Shown here: positions 50,894 to 62,300 of the stretch, piece after piece
How the letters are laid out: every line of letters begins with the position of its first letter
How positions within the stretch are numbered: position 1 is the stretch's first letter
Source: Candidatus Latescibacterota bacterium
GTDB lineage: Bacteria > Latescibacterota > UBA2968 > UBA8231
DNA length: 64,000 nucleotides
NCBI GenBank assembly: GCA_965200315.1
Contig: OZ241362.1
Span: 32,001 to 96,000 of the forward strand
Direction: 5' to 3'
Notes under the pieces: generated by a model
Seen by the model: only the letters and a program-made list of their open reading frames with translations
What the model was told of the DNA's origin: nothing
Databases searched by the model: none
Translations under genes and position numbers: made by a program

Positions 50894-52216
50894 TTACATC
50901 TCGCCTCGCACGTCAATCTTCCCCGTCACAGCGGCGGAGATGAGGGCAGTTCGACGCTCTTTGAGCAGCTCAATCGCCGTTTCGCATTTTTCGATAAGAG
51001 TATCGATTTTCGCCGTTTCTCTGTCGAGGTAGGCGGCGATGGCGATTTGTTCACGTAGGGGAGGAATGCAGAGCGGAGCGTTGGCATACTTCTCGCCATT
51101 CACGTTCTCTATAGTAGAAGAAATTGACATCACTTTAAGGAATTTGTGAAAAGCCTGAGTTTTGGTAAATAGGAATAGATACTCCGGCGACACATCAGAA
51201 GCAGGAACAAAACGAACCAGATAGCCAGCATAGGCGCAGGGACCATGATGTTGAGATTTATATAAGAATGACCGGCCCACTGTACCACTTCTCGATATTA
51301 GTAAATCATCGTCATTAAGTATGTAGTCTTCGATCAGAATGGCTTGGACGAATACGCCACCGTTCTTGAGTACACCGTCGTCAGAAATATCGGTTGTGCG
51401 AAGAAATCGGACTCCCTCTTCTTCGTATTGGCTAGAGGCAATATTAGCACCGTAAAGTGCTGACTGTGAGCATACGTTCTTCAGCTTCTTCACCGCCCAT
51501 CCCTCCGGCACTTCCCCCAGCCACTCCACACCGCTGTCTTTCATCTTCGCATTCAGATTCAGTCCTTTAGTGACGGCATGAGATATAATCGCCTGCCGTT
51601 TTTCTCGGAGCAGTTCGATCAGGTGCTCTTGCTTGGCAACTAAAGTATCGATTTTCGCCGTTTCTCTGTCGAGGTAGGCGGCGATGGCGATTTGTTCTTC
51701 GAGAGGTGGATAGGTACATGGAGTTGCTTCAACTTTTTCGACCGTAAAATGAGCAATGGTTGCTTTATTGCATATCATATCTATGTAGTCTACATTTTTA
51801 ATAAAATACATCCAATAATAAAGAAATCTTGTATCTGCATATTTTCGTGCTCTGATTCGATTGATAGAATTTTGAATATAGCAGTCTGTAATCTCACCAT
51901 TCCAAAGCGCACTTCGGCCAACATCACCGCCCTCACTGACCAATAGATCGCCCTTACAAAGTCTCAATTTTCTCTTTTCTTCCGTTGTGAACCACATGCG
52001 TTTAACATCTGTTGTATCTACGTCTCGCCAATGAATATTTGCTGCACGTAAGTAGGATTCTTCGGTTTCATCCGGTCCTGTCTGGTTGGACTTGAGCATT
52101 TTGCCCAATGCGACCTCATAGCGTCGTTTAATGAGCGAAACTTGCCAATCTATGGGAATTTTTCCAATCCACTCCACGCCGCTATCCCTGTACTCCGCAT
52201 ACCTCCGAAAGCTCAT
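50894..52216 (-). CDS. hsdS: Type I R-M specificity subunit
   Basis: Two TRDs; repeated DSGVEW and PPL.EQIAIAAYLDRETAKIDTL conserved regions. Confidence 0.95.
   Translation of the reverse strand: MSFRRYAEYRDSGVEWIGKIPIDWQVSLIKRRYEVALGKMLKSNQTGPDETEESYLRAANIHWRDVDTTDVKRMWFTTEEKRKLRLCKGDLLVSEGGDVGRSALWNGEITDCYIQNSINRIRARKYADTRFLYYWMYFIKNVDYIDMICNKATIAHFTVEKVEATPCTYPPLEEQIAIAAYLDRETAKIDTLVAKQEHLIELLREKRQAIISHAVTKGLNLNAKMKDSGVEWLGEVPEGWAVKKLKNVCSQSALYGANIASSQYEEEGVRFLRTTDISDDGVLKNGGVFVQAILIEDYILNDDDLLISRSGTVGRSFLYKSQHHGPCAYAGYLVRFVPASDVSPEYLFLFTKTQAFHKFLKVMSISSTIENVNGEKYANAPLCIPPLREQIAIAAYLDRETAKIDTLIEKCETAIELLKERRTALISAAVTGKIDVRGEM
50999..51697. repeat. 54-bp identical direct repeat in hsdS (50999-51052 and 51644-51697)
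   Basis: agtatcgattttcgccgtttctctgtcgaggtaggcggcgatggcgatttgttc occurs twice. Confidence 0.85.
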
Positions 52217-54162
52217 TCGTCCCGCACCTCCTGAAGAAGCTCCATGATCTCGGCACTGACGCAGTCTATGTCGGCGTCAATCTTTTCGAGCGGACGAGGG
52301 GGGATGTATTTGTAGAAATGCCGGTTGAAGGGAATTTCGTAGCCGACTTTGGTCTTATTGCGGTCAAGCCAAGCATCCGGGACGTGCGGTCGCACTTCGC
52401 GCTCGAAATAGGCGTCGATATCCTCTCGCAAGGGCACATTCTCGTAGTCGCGTAATTCGGGATCGGGTTCTGGTTCGCCCTTGCGGTTGGTGATTACGTC
52501 GGCAGTTTCGTCGCGCTCGCTGAGGCTTTCGGCGACTAGCTTGCGTTGGGCGGCTGTGAGATTCAGCCCGGCCGCAGTGAGGGCGCAGAGGAAGTCGTCG
52601 CGGTTTTTGTAGAGCTGGTCGCTGTCGAGCGTGGCGAGAGCGGCCAGGATGCCCTGTTGTTGCCCTTCTGGCAACCGCGCAAACCCTTTGGCCGCCTTGA
52701 GGATTTCAATGCGGTCATCGCTGGCCCGAAAGTTGAGCTTGAGCGGACGCTCAACGGTAATGCGGTGATAGCCAAAGTCGGTATTGGCAAAAATTTTCAC
52801 GCGGTCTTCCAACTCCTCAAAGTCGCCAAACAGGCGGGTGATCTCCACGATCTGCTCGTCCGAGATTTGCTTGCGCTTGCTGCCGAGGCTCTTGTGCATT
52901 GGGACGTGGAAGTCTACGGCGTTAATGAGTTGGATTTTGCCTCGGCGCTGCGGGGTCTTCTGATTGGTGATAATCCATATATAGGTCGCAATGCCAGTGT
53001 TGTAGAACATATCGGTCGGCAGGGCGACGATGGCTTCGAGATAGTCGTTTTCAATGATCCAACGGCGGATTTCGCTTTCCCCGCTGTCCGCGCTGCCCGT
53101 AAAAAGGGGCGATCCGTTGAGTACGACTGCTAGGCGGGATACGTCGCCATTCTGGTTGAACTTGGAAATCATGTGCTGGACAAAGAGCAACGATCCATCG
53201 CTGACGCGGGGCAGGCCCGCGCCAAAGCGGCCGTTGTCGCCGAGAGAGCGAGCTTCGTCTTGGATGGTTGGTGCGACCTTTTTCCATTCGACGCCAAAGG
53301 GCGGATTGGAGAGCATGTAGTCAAAGTGCTCATCGGGGAGGCCGTCTTCAGTGAAGCTATTGCCGGGATGGATGTTTTTGGCGTTTTGTCCCTTAATCAT
53401 CATGTCCGACTTGCAGGTAGCATAGCTTTCGTCGTTCAGCTCTTGGCCATAGACTTCGAGGTGGGCGTCTGGGTTGAGTTCCCGGAGGTACTCCTCGGCG
53501 ATAGAGAGCATCCCACCCGTGCCACAGGCCGGATCGTACAGTTTGCGAATGATGCTTTTTTTAGTAAGCACTTCGGTGTCTTCGAGGAAGAGAAGGTTGA
53601 CCATCAAGCGGATGACTTCGCGGGGTGTGAAGTGCTCGCCGGCGGTTTCGTTGCTCTGCTCGGAAAACCGGCGGATGAGCTCCTCAAAGATGTAGCCCAT
53701 TTGCAAATTGGAGACGTGGTCAGGGTGCAGATCAATTTGGGCGAATCGGCTTACAACGAGGTAGAGCAGGTTGGCACGGTCGAGACGGATGACTTGTTCG
53801 GGCAACTGGAAACGGTCGATGAAAATCTCACGCGCATCGCGGGAAAACCCGTTGATAAAATTGTTCAGGTTCGCCGCGATATGCTCTGGGTCGTCGAGCA
53901 GCTTTTCAAAGGTAAAGGGGCTAGTGTTATGGAAGGTGTGGTCGCTGGCCATGTTGAGCATGGTCTCGCGCATGGCGTCGTCAATGGTCGCCGGCAGTTT
54001 TTTCACCTCTGCTTGCACGGCCTCCTTTGTCGGTGCCAGAACGCAGTCGAGCCGCCGCAGCACGGTGAACGGAAGCACCACCTTGCCGTATTCCGATTGT
54101 TTGTAATTGCCGCGCAGCAGTTCGGCGATGGACCAGATAAAGCCGATGTGAAAATTCGTCAT
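52213..54162 (-). CDS. hsdM: Type I R-M methyltransferase subunit
   Basis: AGEHFTPRE, YDPACGTGG, NPPF; 4-bp overlap with hsdS. Confidence 0.95.
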   Translation of the reverse strand: MTNFHIGFIWSIAELLRGNYKQSEYGKVVLPFTVLRRLDCVLAPTKEAVQAEVKKLPATIDDAMRETMLNMASDHTFHNTSPFTFEKLLDDPEHIAANLNNFINGFSRDAREIFIDRFQLPEQVIRLDRANLLYLVVSRFAQIDLHPDHVSNLQMGYIFEELIRRFSEQSNETAGEHFTPREVIRLMVNLLFLEDTEVLTKKSIIRKLYDPACGTGGMLSIAEEYLRELNPDAHLEVYGQELNDESYATCKSDMMIKGQNAKNIHPGNSFTEDGLPDEHFDYMLSNPPFGVEWKKVAPTIQDEARSLGDNGRFGAGLPRVSDGSLLFVQHMISKFNQNGDVSRLAVVLNGSPLFTGSADSGESEIRRWIIENDYLEAIVALPTDMFYNTGIATYIWIITNQKTPQRRGKIQLINAVDFHVPMHKSLGSKRKQISDEQIVEITRLFGDFEELEDRVKIFANTDFGYHRITVERPLKLNFRASDDRIEILKAAKGFARLPEGQQQGILAALATLDSDQLYKNRDDFLCALTAAGLNLTAAQRKLVAESLSERDETADVITNRKGEPEPDPELRDYENVPLREDIDAYFEREVRPHVPDAWLDRNKTKVGYEIPFNRHFYKYIPPRPLEKIDADIDCVSAEIMELLQEVRDE

Positions 54163-54264
54163 GGGTGTACTTATCTGTGCGAAAGCTGTGTTGCTTCGTC
54201 GCTTGCCGTGCCAACAAGAATCATTCATATAACTAGCCAGTCTGGCTAGCACGGTTGAGTTGCG

Positions 54265-54543
54265 CTATTCCAACGACGAGTTGGAGGCGATGGAGGAATG
54301 TCGAACGGAGTCTGAAGTAGCGTCGGCAAAAAGATGATCTTCGACAGTTAGACCTGCCTCGCGAATAATCGTTCGCAAAGTCCTTTTAGCGACTTCCCGG
54401 TGCTTGCGAACTACGATGCGACGATAGGGTTTTCGGTTCAATCGCAAGACTATATGGCTCCCTCGTTGTCGGTCAAAAACGTAGCCAATTTTCCCCAATG
54501 CCCTAACAATATCACGGCTTCCAACAACCGGAAGTGGACTCAA
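54265..54543 (-). CDS. hicA: HicA-family toxin (possibly degenerate)
   Basis: ALGKIGYVFDRQRGSHIVL..TLRTIIREAGL; atypical extended C-terminus. Confidence 0.7.
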   Translation of the reverse strand: MSPLPVVGSRDIVRALGKIGYVFDRQRGSHIVLRLNRKPYRRIVVRKHREVAKRTLRTIIREAGLTVEDHLFADATSDSVRHSSIASNSSLE

Positions 54544-54635
54544 ATCTCAACCTCGATGATTTCCTCCGTAATGGGCGGCGGGATTGGGTCGCCGTGGGCT
54601 TTTAGGCTTTCTATATACAGCGCAATTGCTTCGCG
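54540..54635 (-). pseudogene. 3' fragment of a HicB-family antitoxin
   Basis: REAIALYIESLKAHGDPIP..EVEI* overlaps the hicA start; N-terminus missing. Confidence 0.65.
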
Positions 54636-54676
54636 TCCGCCCATACCGCAAGCCGGGTCGTACCGCTTATTGTAAG

Positions 54677-57406
54677 CTACCCGGCCACCTCGCGTTCGAC
54701 CAATGCCTCGAGGCGCACCGGGCAAACCTTGAGCTCGGCCGTGTGAGTGACGGGGTCGTACCCGGAGCCGGTGAGGATGTTGATCGGCACGTCGTTGAAG
54801 CTGAAGCTGGCAAAGACCGTGCCGCGCGGCGAGCGGGTGGTGGCCTCGATGCGGATTGCAACGGCACCGCGTGCGCTGGATAGGCGGCACAAGCCCCCGG
54901 CTGCGAGGCCCCAAGCGGCGATATCGTCGGGATGCACTTCGAGGCGCTCTTCCGCGAGCAGGTAGTCAATGCCTTGGGCGCGGCCGGTCTGGGTGCGGGT
55001 GTGGTACGATTGGAGCCGGCGGCCGGTCGTCAGCCAGACTGGAAATTCGGCCGAAAGGGTCTCGGCCGGGTCGCGGTAGCGGATGATTTTGAACAGGCCG
55101 CGGCCGTTTTTGAAGGCCCCTTGGTGCAAGATCGGAGTGCCTGGATGGCCTTTTTCGGGCACTGGCCATTGGTACTGGCCCTCGTCGACCCGGTCCCAAT
55201 CGAGGCCGGCGTAGATGGGCGACAGCCCGCACAGCTCGTTGAAAATCTCCGCGGCCGAACTGTAGTCAAAGCCGCTAAAGCCAAGCCGCTGGGCGAGCTG
55301 ACTTATGATCCACCAGTCGGGCTTGGCCTCGCCGGGCGGGGGCACGGCTTGGCGCAGGCGCTGGACTCGGCGCTCGGTGTTGGTGCAGCTCCCGTCGGTC
55401 TCAGCAAAGGCACTGGCCGGGAAGACTACGTCGGCTAGCGCGGCCGTCTCAGTGAGGAAAATGTCGATGACCACCAAGTGATCAAGGCTCTTGAGCGCGT
55501 GTTCGCAGTGGTTGCGGTCCGGGTCGGAGACCACGGTGTTTTCGCCGTCGATGAGCATGGCGAAAATCTCGCTGCCGCAGCGGTTGAGGGCCTGGACCTT
55601 GGTAATGCCTTTGTCCGGGTCCATGGCGCGTTCGTAGAGCGCGGTGAATTTTTCCCGAAATTCGGGCTGATCGACGGGCTGGAAGCCCGGGTAATTGGAG
55701 GGAATGGCCCCGGAGTCGCCGGCGCCTTGGATGTTGTTTTGCCCGCGCATGGGGTTGATGCCGGTGCCCTCGCGGCCAATGTTGCCGGTCAGCAGGGCGA
55801 GATTGCACAAGCTCTGGACGTTGTCGACGCCGCAGATGTGCTCGGTGATGCCGAGGGTATAGTAGATGGCGGCCTTGTCGGCGGCCCCGTACCAGCGGGC
55901 GGCCTGTTCAATGTCGGCGGCCGGCACCTCGGTGATGGTCGCAGCCCACTCGGGCGTGAACTCGACGACGTGCTCTAGGAATTGCTCAAAGTCGGCGGTG
56001 CGCGCTTCCATAAAGGCGCGATCTGTCAGGTCGTCGCGGACGATCACGTGCGCCATGGCCAACAGCAAGGCCACGTCCGAGCCGACGCGGATGGGCAGGT
56101 ACAGATCGGCCATATCCGCGAGGTCGGTCTTGCGCGGGTCGGCGACGATCATTTGGGCCCCTCGCTTGAGGGCCTTTTTGATGCGCGTCGCCGCGACCGG
56201 GTGGCACTCGGTCATGTTGGTGCCGATGCAGAAGATCAGATCGGGTTTGTCCATGTCGGCCAAGGGGTTCGACATGGCACCGCGGCCGATGGTGGCTGCC
56301 AGACCGGCAACCGTGGGCGCGTGTCAGGCACGGCTACAGTTGTCTATGTAGTGTGTGCCGTACCCTTTGCGGATGAATTTCTGCATGCAGTAGTTGGCTT
56401 CCGAAGGGGTGCGGCCGGAGGCGACGCCGTAGATGGCGTGGCGGCCGCGCTCGGCGAGCACCTTGGCAAAGCCTTGGGCGGCGCGGTCGAGCGCGGTGTC
56501 CCAGCCGGTGGGGTGGAGCTGGCCGTCTGCTCCGCGCACGAGGGGCCTTGTGAGCCGGTCGCTATGCTGGACGAAGTCAAAGGCAAACTGGCCCTTGATG
56601 CACAGTGCGCCCTCGTTGGCCGGGCCGTCCATCGCTGGTTGGATGCCGACGAGCTTATCCTCTTTGGACAGCAGGTCCACCGAGCAGCCAACGCCGCAGT
56701 ACGGGCAGACCGAGCGGGTCTTTGCGACCTCGCCGGGCAGGTCGGCCGCACGCAGGGCCTTTTTGTCGGCGAGTGCGCCGGTGGGACAGGTCTGGACGCA
56801 TTGGCCGCAGAAGGTGCAGGCCGAATCCTTGAGCAGGCCATTGAACTCGGTGGTGATCTGCTTGTGGAAGCCGCGCCCCATGGCGGCAATGGCGTGGTCG
56901 CCTTCCTGCTCGGCGCAGACGCGGACGCAGCGATTGCACGAGATACACAAGTCGTAGTCGCGCAAGATGAAGGGATTGTCGTCGGTGGGATGCGCTTGGC
57001 CCGATTGTGCGCCTTGGAAGCGGCCCGAGTGGGCTTGGTAGCGATCGGCAAGGTTGGTTAGCTCTTGGGAAGCGTACCCACGCAGGGGATCGACCTCGAC
57101 TTCGCGGTTTTCCGAGACGACCATTTCGAGCAGCGTCTTGCGGTGCTTTTCGATGGCTGTGGTCGCGGTTTTGACGACCATGCCGGGGGCGGCTTGGGCC
57201 GTGCAGGAGGCGACCGGATTGCGCGCACCTTCGACTTCTACCACGCAGAGCCGACAGGCCCCAAAAGGTTCTAGGCGCGGGTCGTAGCAAAGGGTGGGAA
57301 TGTCGCGGCGATGGCGTTGGGCGACCTCGTAGAGGGTCTCGCCAAGAGCAAAGGCCACTTCTTCGCCGTCTAAGGTCAGGGTGTGTTGTTGCCCATTGGT
57401 ATTCAT
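54677..57406 (-). CDS. fdhF: Formate dehydrogenase alpha subunit, selenocysteine-containing (UGA at 56324-56326)
   Basis: ORFs 56324..57424 and 54677..56275 are in frame, reading DNCSRA-U-HAPTVAGL; N-terminal Fe-S clusters, CPYCGVGC, molybdopterin-binding motifs; start may be 57424. Confidence 0.92.
56294..56312 (-). promoter_or_regulatory. Bacterial SECIS hairpin
   Basis: GGUUGCC-GGUCU-GGCAGCC begins 11 nt after the UGA and resembles the E. coli fdhF SECIS. Confidence 0.88.
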
Positions 57407-57420
57407 GGTAAGGCTCTCGT

Positions 57421-59079
57421 TCAAGCGCAGACGCGCTGGGCTACTTGGTCGGGAAAGTACTTGAGGAGGCTATCGGTGATAAAGGGAGCGGCCATGCCGA
57501 GGCCGCAGGCACTGGTGGACTTCATGACGCTGCCGATGTCTGTTACTTCGTCGCGCCAAGCCGCTAGGTCTGCTGGCCCTTCGCCGCTAAGCCGCTCGGC
57601 GAGCCGCTGGGTGCCGATGCGGCAGGGGAAGCACTTGCCGCAGGACTCCTCGGCAAAAAAGGCCATGGCTTGGCGGGCGATTTCTACTATGTCGCGGCGG
57701 TCGTCAAAGGCCATGATGCCGCCCGCGCCGAGCATAGAGCCGCGAGCGCGGATCGCCGGTTCGTCGAGGGTGACATTGAGGTCGTCGCCCGCGAGAAAGC
57801 CACCTGAGAGGCCGGCCATAGTAACGGCTTGGATCTGACGGCTTGGTCCCGGGCCGCCGGCCCACTCGTGGAGCAAGGTGTTGAGCGGTAGGCCAAAGGG
57901 GACTTCGTAGTTGCCCGGCCGCTGCACGTCGCCCGAGAGGCTGATGACCTTGGTGCCCGGGCGACCGTCGAGACCCAGCGAGCGATACCACGCGGCCCCG
58001 CGCCGCACGATCGGGGGCACCGAAGCCAAGGTTTCGACGTTGTTGACGGCCGTGGGCAAGTTTTCAAAACCGTGCGTCACTGGGAAGGGCGGGCGGTTGC
58101 GCGGATAGGGGTGTTTGCCTTCGAGGCTGTTGAGCAAAGAGCCTTCCTCGCCGCAGATATACGCGCCGGCCCCGCGGCGGATGTGCAGCGCACAGGAGAA
58201 GTCGCTGCCGAGGATATGCGGGCCGATTAGAGCGGCGGCGCGAGCCTCGGCCAGTGCGTTGGCGAGGATGGCGTTGATTTCCGGGTATTCGTAGCGCAGA
58301 TAGATAAAGGCGCGGGTAGCGCCGGTGGCGTATGCAGCGAGGAGCATGCCTTCGATGACCGCGTGTGGGTCGTGTTCGAGGAGGGCGCGGTCCTTAAAGC
58401 AGCCCGGCTCGCCCTCGTCGGCGTTGCAGACGACGGTTTTGGGCGTGCCGGGGGCCTCGGCCACAGCCTGCCACTTCTGGCCGGTGGGAAAGCCCGCGCC
58501 GCCCCGGCCAGCGAGCTGACTGTCGGCAATGAGGGCGACCAACTCGGCAGGTTCCCCGGCGAGAGCTTGTTGCAGCGCTTGGTAGCCTCCGGTTTGGCGA
58601 TAGCCGGATAGGGTGGCGCGGCCGGGGCGGCGGATGTCGGCAAAGACGCATTCCTCGCACCCGCCGGGATTGGGCGCGGGCAGGGGTGAAGGACTGGGGG
58701 CAAGGACCTCGGCCTCGGTTCCGACCAGCACTTGATGGCCTTGGAGGACCGGAATGGGATCGTCGCAGCGGCCGGCGCACGGCATGGGCGTGGCGTCGGC
58801 GAGACGGGCGCAGAGTGCGTCGGCCCCGCGCAGTGTGCATATCGGGCCGGTGCAGACGCGCGGGGCACTTTGGCCGGGCGCTTGGCGGGCAAAATGGTGG
58901 TAAAAGGTGACGGTGGCGAAAAGCTCGGCGAGCGGGATTTTTAGGCCCATTGACACGGCCTTGAGCGCTTCTTCCGACAAATAGCCGTCGCGGTCATGAA
59001 AGGCGTGCAGAAGCGGCAATAGGGGAGCGGTTTCGCACTGCCAGTGTGCGACGAGCGCGTCGTTTGTAAGGGAGATCAA
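57421..59079 (-). CDS. NuoE-NuoF-like fused diaphorase subunit of NAD-dependent formate dehydrogenase
   Basis: TFYHHF and 2Fe-2S Cys; GRGGAGFP, NADEGEPG, AGAYICGEE, ESCGKCFPCR. Confidence 0.9.
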   Translation of the reverse strand: MISLTNDALVAHWQCETAPLLPLLHAFHDRDGYLSEEALKAVSMGLKIPLAELFATVTFYHHFARQAPGQSAPRVCTGPICTLRGADALCARLADATPMPCAGRCDDPIPVLQGHQVLVGTEAEVLAPSPSPLPAPNPGGCEECVFADIRRPGRATLSGYRQTGGYQALQQALAGEPAELVALIADSQLAGRGGAGFPTGQKWQAVAEAPGTPKTVVCNADEGEPGCFKDRALLEHDPHAVIEGMLLAAYATGATRAFIYLRYEYPEINAILANALAEARAAALIGPHILGSDFSCALHIRRGAGAYICGEEGSLLNSLEGKHPYPRNRPPFPVTHGFENLPTAVNNVETLASVPPIVRRGAAWYRSLGLDGRPGTKVISLSGDVQRPGNYEVPFGLPLNTLLHEWAGGPGPSRQIQAVTMAGLSGGFLAGDDLNVTLDEPAIRARGSMLGAGGIMAFDDRRDIVEIARQAMAFFAEESCGKCFPCRIGTQRLAERLSGEGPADLAAWRDEVTDIGSVMKSTSACGLGMAAPFITDSLLKYFPDQVAQRVCA

Positions 59080-59260
59080 GCTAGATACCTTTTATTTCGT
59101 AGCCGCTGGAAGGTGCCTGTATATAGGTGAATAACTTAGCAGTTGCGCCAACGGTAGGCAACTGAGTACAGCGGCTGCGCGCAGGCCTAGCCGCAAGCTG
59201 TTAAACGGAGCCGAAGTGCTCAACGCCGTGCAAGCCGCTTGGTCTCGGGGGCGCACTCTT

Positions 59261-59305
59261 GGCCCGCTCCCTATTGACCGCCGCTGGGTCGGTGGGGAGC
59301 GAGCC
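59261..59305. terminator. GC-rich hairpin downstream of the surface-protein gene
   Basis: ggcccgctcccta..gacc / ggtcggtggggagcgagcc inverted repeat; no clear U-tract. Confidence 0.35.
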
Positions 59306-59339
59306 TCCCGTTTGCCTAACAAAGGGGTCGGGGTGTGTG

Positions 59340-62300
59340 CTACTTGAGCAACAGCATCTTCTCGACGGCGAGGAACGTTTCACCGGCTTGGAGGCGGTAG
59401 AAATAGATCCCCGCCGACACGCTGTGCCCGCTGTCGTCGGTCGCGTCCCACTCTACTCGGTAGTGCCCGGTGTTCTGGTGCTTGGCTACGAGGGTGCGAA
59501 CCGCTTGGCCAACGACATTATAGACGGTCAATTTCACATCCATTGCGGTCGGTAGCGCATATTTGATCGTCGTCGTTGGGTTGAACGGGTTCGGATAGTT
59601 ATGCGATTCAAACGCCAGCGGCGGGTTGACCACGATGGAGAAGGTCAGTGCCGCGATGGCTCCGTCGCCATCGGTAGCCGTGTAGGTGATTTCGACGGGA
59701 CCTGCTGTGGCAACTTCGGGCGTGCCGGCAATGATCCGCGTAGCCGCGTCAAAAGCCAAGCCAGCCGGTAGGCCGGAGACGCGGTACGTCGCATCGCCCG
59801 CACCGCCTGAAGCGGCAGGCAGTTCAAGAGCGGCAATCTGCGTACCAGCGGTGTATCGCTGGGTAGCCACTGAAGTCCCCTCGGCGAAGGCTAGGGGGAG
59901 CGTCGCGGCCGGTGCCGCCAGCGGTATGGCTGCGTCGGTCAGGGTGATCGTTGTCGAGCCGCCAGCCAAGCCCTCAATCGCACCGTTGAGCGTGATCGTC
60001 TCGTTGCCCTCGTCCTCGTCGTCGTCGATTGGATTGATGGAGAGGGATATCTCGCCCGCTATCGAGCCGGCCGGAATCACAAGTAGCGGATCGAACAGCG
60101 CCGAGTAATCCAGATCGCGCTGGGCGGCCGAAGCAGCGTCGATGGAGAGGGTTGCGGTCGCGTCTTGGGCCAACGCCTTGCCGTCTAAGGTCGCCGTTAC
60201 TGTAATCGTGGTCGGCCCGGTGCCTTCGCGTACTATATGCGGATGTACCGACAGCGCGATGGATGTACTCGTCGTTTCGTCGTCGGCAATTTTTATATCC
60301 GTCTGTGCTGAGCCACCGGATGCGGTGGCCTGCACCCCTAAGAACGTATGGCCATCTACCTTGTCGTTGTCGAAGGGGGTGAGGCGAAGCGTCGTCGTCG
60401 CTTGGGTGGCGCCGGCTGCAATGGACACCGGCCCCGCCAGTGTGGCGGAGTAATCCACATCGCGCACGGCCGCTGGGCCTTGGGTGGGCGCGACAATAGT
60501 GAAACGGATGGTCTCGGCCGCGGGGGCGGCCGCGGCCAAGGTAGCGGTCAAAATGATTGCCGTCGTCTCCCCATTCTCTCGCAGTGAAGAATGAGTTGAC
60601 GCCACGCTCGCGACGGCAACCACGGGCGGTGGGGCCTCATAGATCGCGATTTTGAAGAGTATGACTGCGCTTTCGGGCTTGGTGGCGTCGCCGTCGATCA
60701 CTGTGTAGGTGATGGTGGCCGTTCCGACCGCGGTCGGCGTACCGGCAATGATCCGCGTGGCTCGGTCAAACGACAGGCCAGCGGGCAGCGCGTTGGAGAC
60801 GCTGTACGTCAGGTTGCCATCGCCCGTAGCTGGCGGTAGTTCCAGCGGTCGCATCGCCTTGCCAACCGTGGCCGAGATGTCTGACTGGTTCTCGACAAAG
60901 GCAGGTGTTGTGTCGCCGGTCGGACTTGCATCCGCCCGCGGCCCCGTATCTTTCAGCGTGATCGTCGCAGTGCTGACCGCGATTTCCTTCCTATCGTCGC
61001 TTTGGGGGTTTTTCAGCGCTTTTAGGATGATCTTCTCGTCCGCGTCTTCTATCCCGTCGTCATTGGGAGTGATGGAGATGGTCTGTACGCCCTGTGCTTG
61101 GCCAGCCGGAATCGTCACCGAGCGCAGGAGTGCTGTGAAGTCGATGGCGTACAGCGCCGTAGCAGCATCGCTATCATCGAGGAGCAAGACCACGGTCACG
61201 TCCTGCGCCAATACCTTGCCGTCTAAAGTTGCGGTCACCGCAATCTCGGTTTCGCCCGCGTCCTCCCTTAGTTCATTATGACTCACCGCCAGCGTTATGT
61301 TCTCGCTCGTGGTCTCGTCGTCGGTGATCTTGATACCCGTGAGCAAATGAGTTGTGCCGACCTTGGCCGTCAGCTCGAAAGCCTTCGCCGAATTCACCCG
61401 CTCGTTGTCGATGGGGGTGAGGGTAAGCGTCGTCGTTCCCACGGTCTCACCCTGCCGAATGGTGAGACCGCCTATGGTCGCGGTGTAATGTACATCGCGC
61501 ACCGCAGGCTCCGCGTCCGAGAAAAATGCGTTGAGGGCGTCGTTGCCGCTAAGATCGTCGCCATTGCTCACCAGAGTGAACAGCACTTCCGAGTCCGCCG
61601 CTAGGGCATCCTGCAACTCAACCGTCAGCTCAATGTTCGTCGGCCCCTGATCCTCGCGTATCAGGCTAGGCCTCGCCGTCAGCCCTTTAATGATAGCAGC
61701 GGGAGGCTCCTTTAGCTCGATTTGTTGGTGGCCAATGGCTATGTTGGGGTGGGAGCTGCTCCGGCCCACTAGCCGGATAATGCCAGTCCCCTGAGCCTTG
61801 GGAGTAATGGTAATCGTCGTCTGGCCCGACGCCTTGTTCTTTGGGATTGTTATACGGCCCAAGTTCGTCGCCGCGTAATCGACATCGCGCACCGCGTGGT
61901 TTGGTGCGGTCTGAATACCCAAGTGAAAAGTCAGGGGCGTGGTTAGCACCTTTCCATTTAATTCTGCTCTTACGACGATATCGGTTGCCCCCGCCTCCTT
62001 GCTGAGCGCAGACTCAGAAACCGAGAGGGAGATATTCGTGCTTGCCTTGTCGTCGTCGGCCAAGTGAAGACGTGGCCCGGTGGTTACTTCATGAGCACCG
62101 GCATTGCCCGTGATCTGGAGAACGAGATCGTCGCCGTCGCCCGGATTATTCTCCGGAGAGTCGTCGCAGGTGCCTTCTCCTTCGTCGTGGGTATCGTTTC
62201 CCTTGAGTTCGTCGTCAATGGGAATGAAGGTGAGTGCCCCGGTCGCTTCGCTCTTGCCCGCTAGGATAATGAGCGTGGGCAGTGTTATGCGGTAGCGACT

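Noticed and set aside
53173-54249. Long antisense ORFs (also 55982..57061, 17486..18430, 3844..4743)
   Set aside because: Shadow ORFs opposite well-supported genes in GC-rich DNA, with no recognisable motifs
56324-56326. Nonsense mutation pseudogenising FDH
   Set aside because: The UGA is at the catalytic Cys/Sec position and is followed by a SECIS
59300-59330. Moco riboswitch 3' motif (GCCTCCCG...AAAGG)
   Set aside because: It lies on the + strand, opposite the FDH operon, and the 5' elements are not evident
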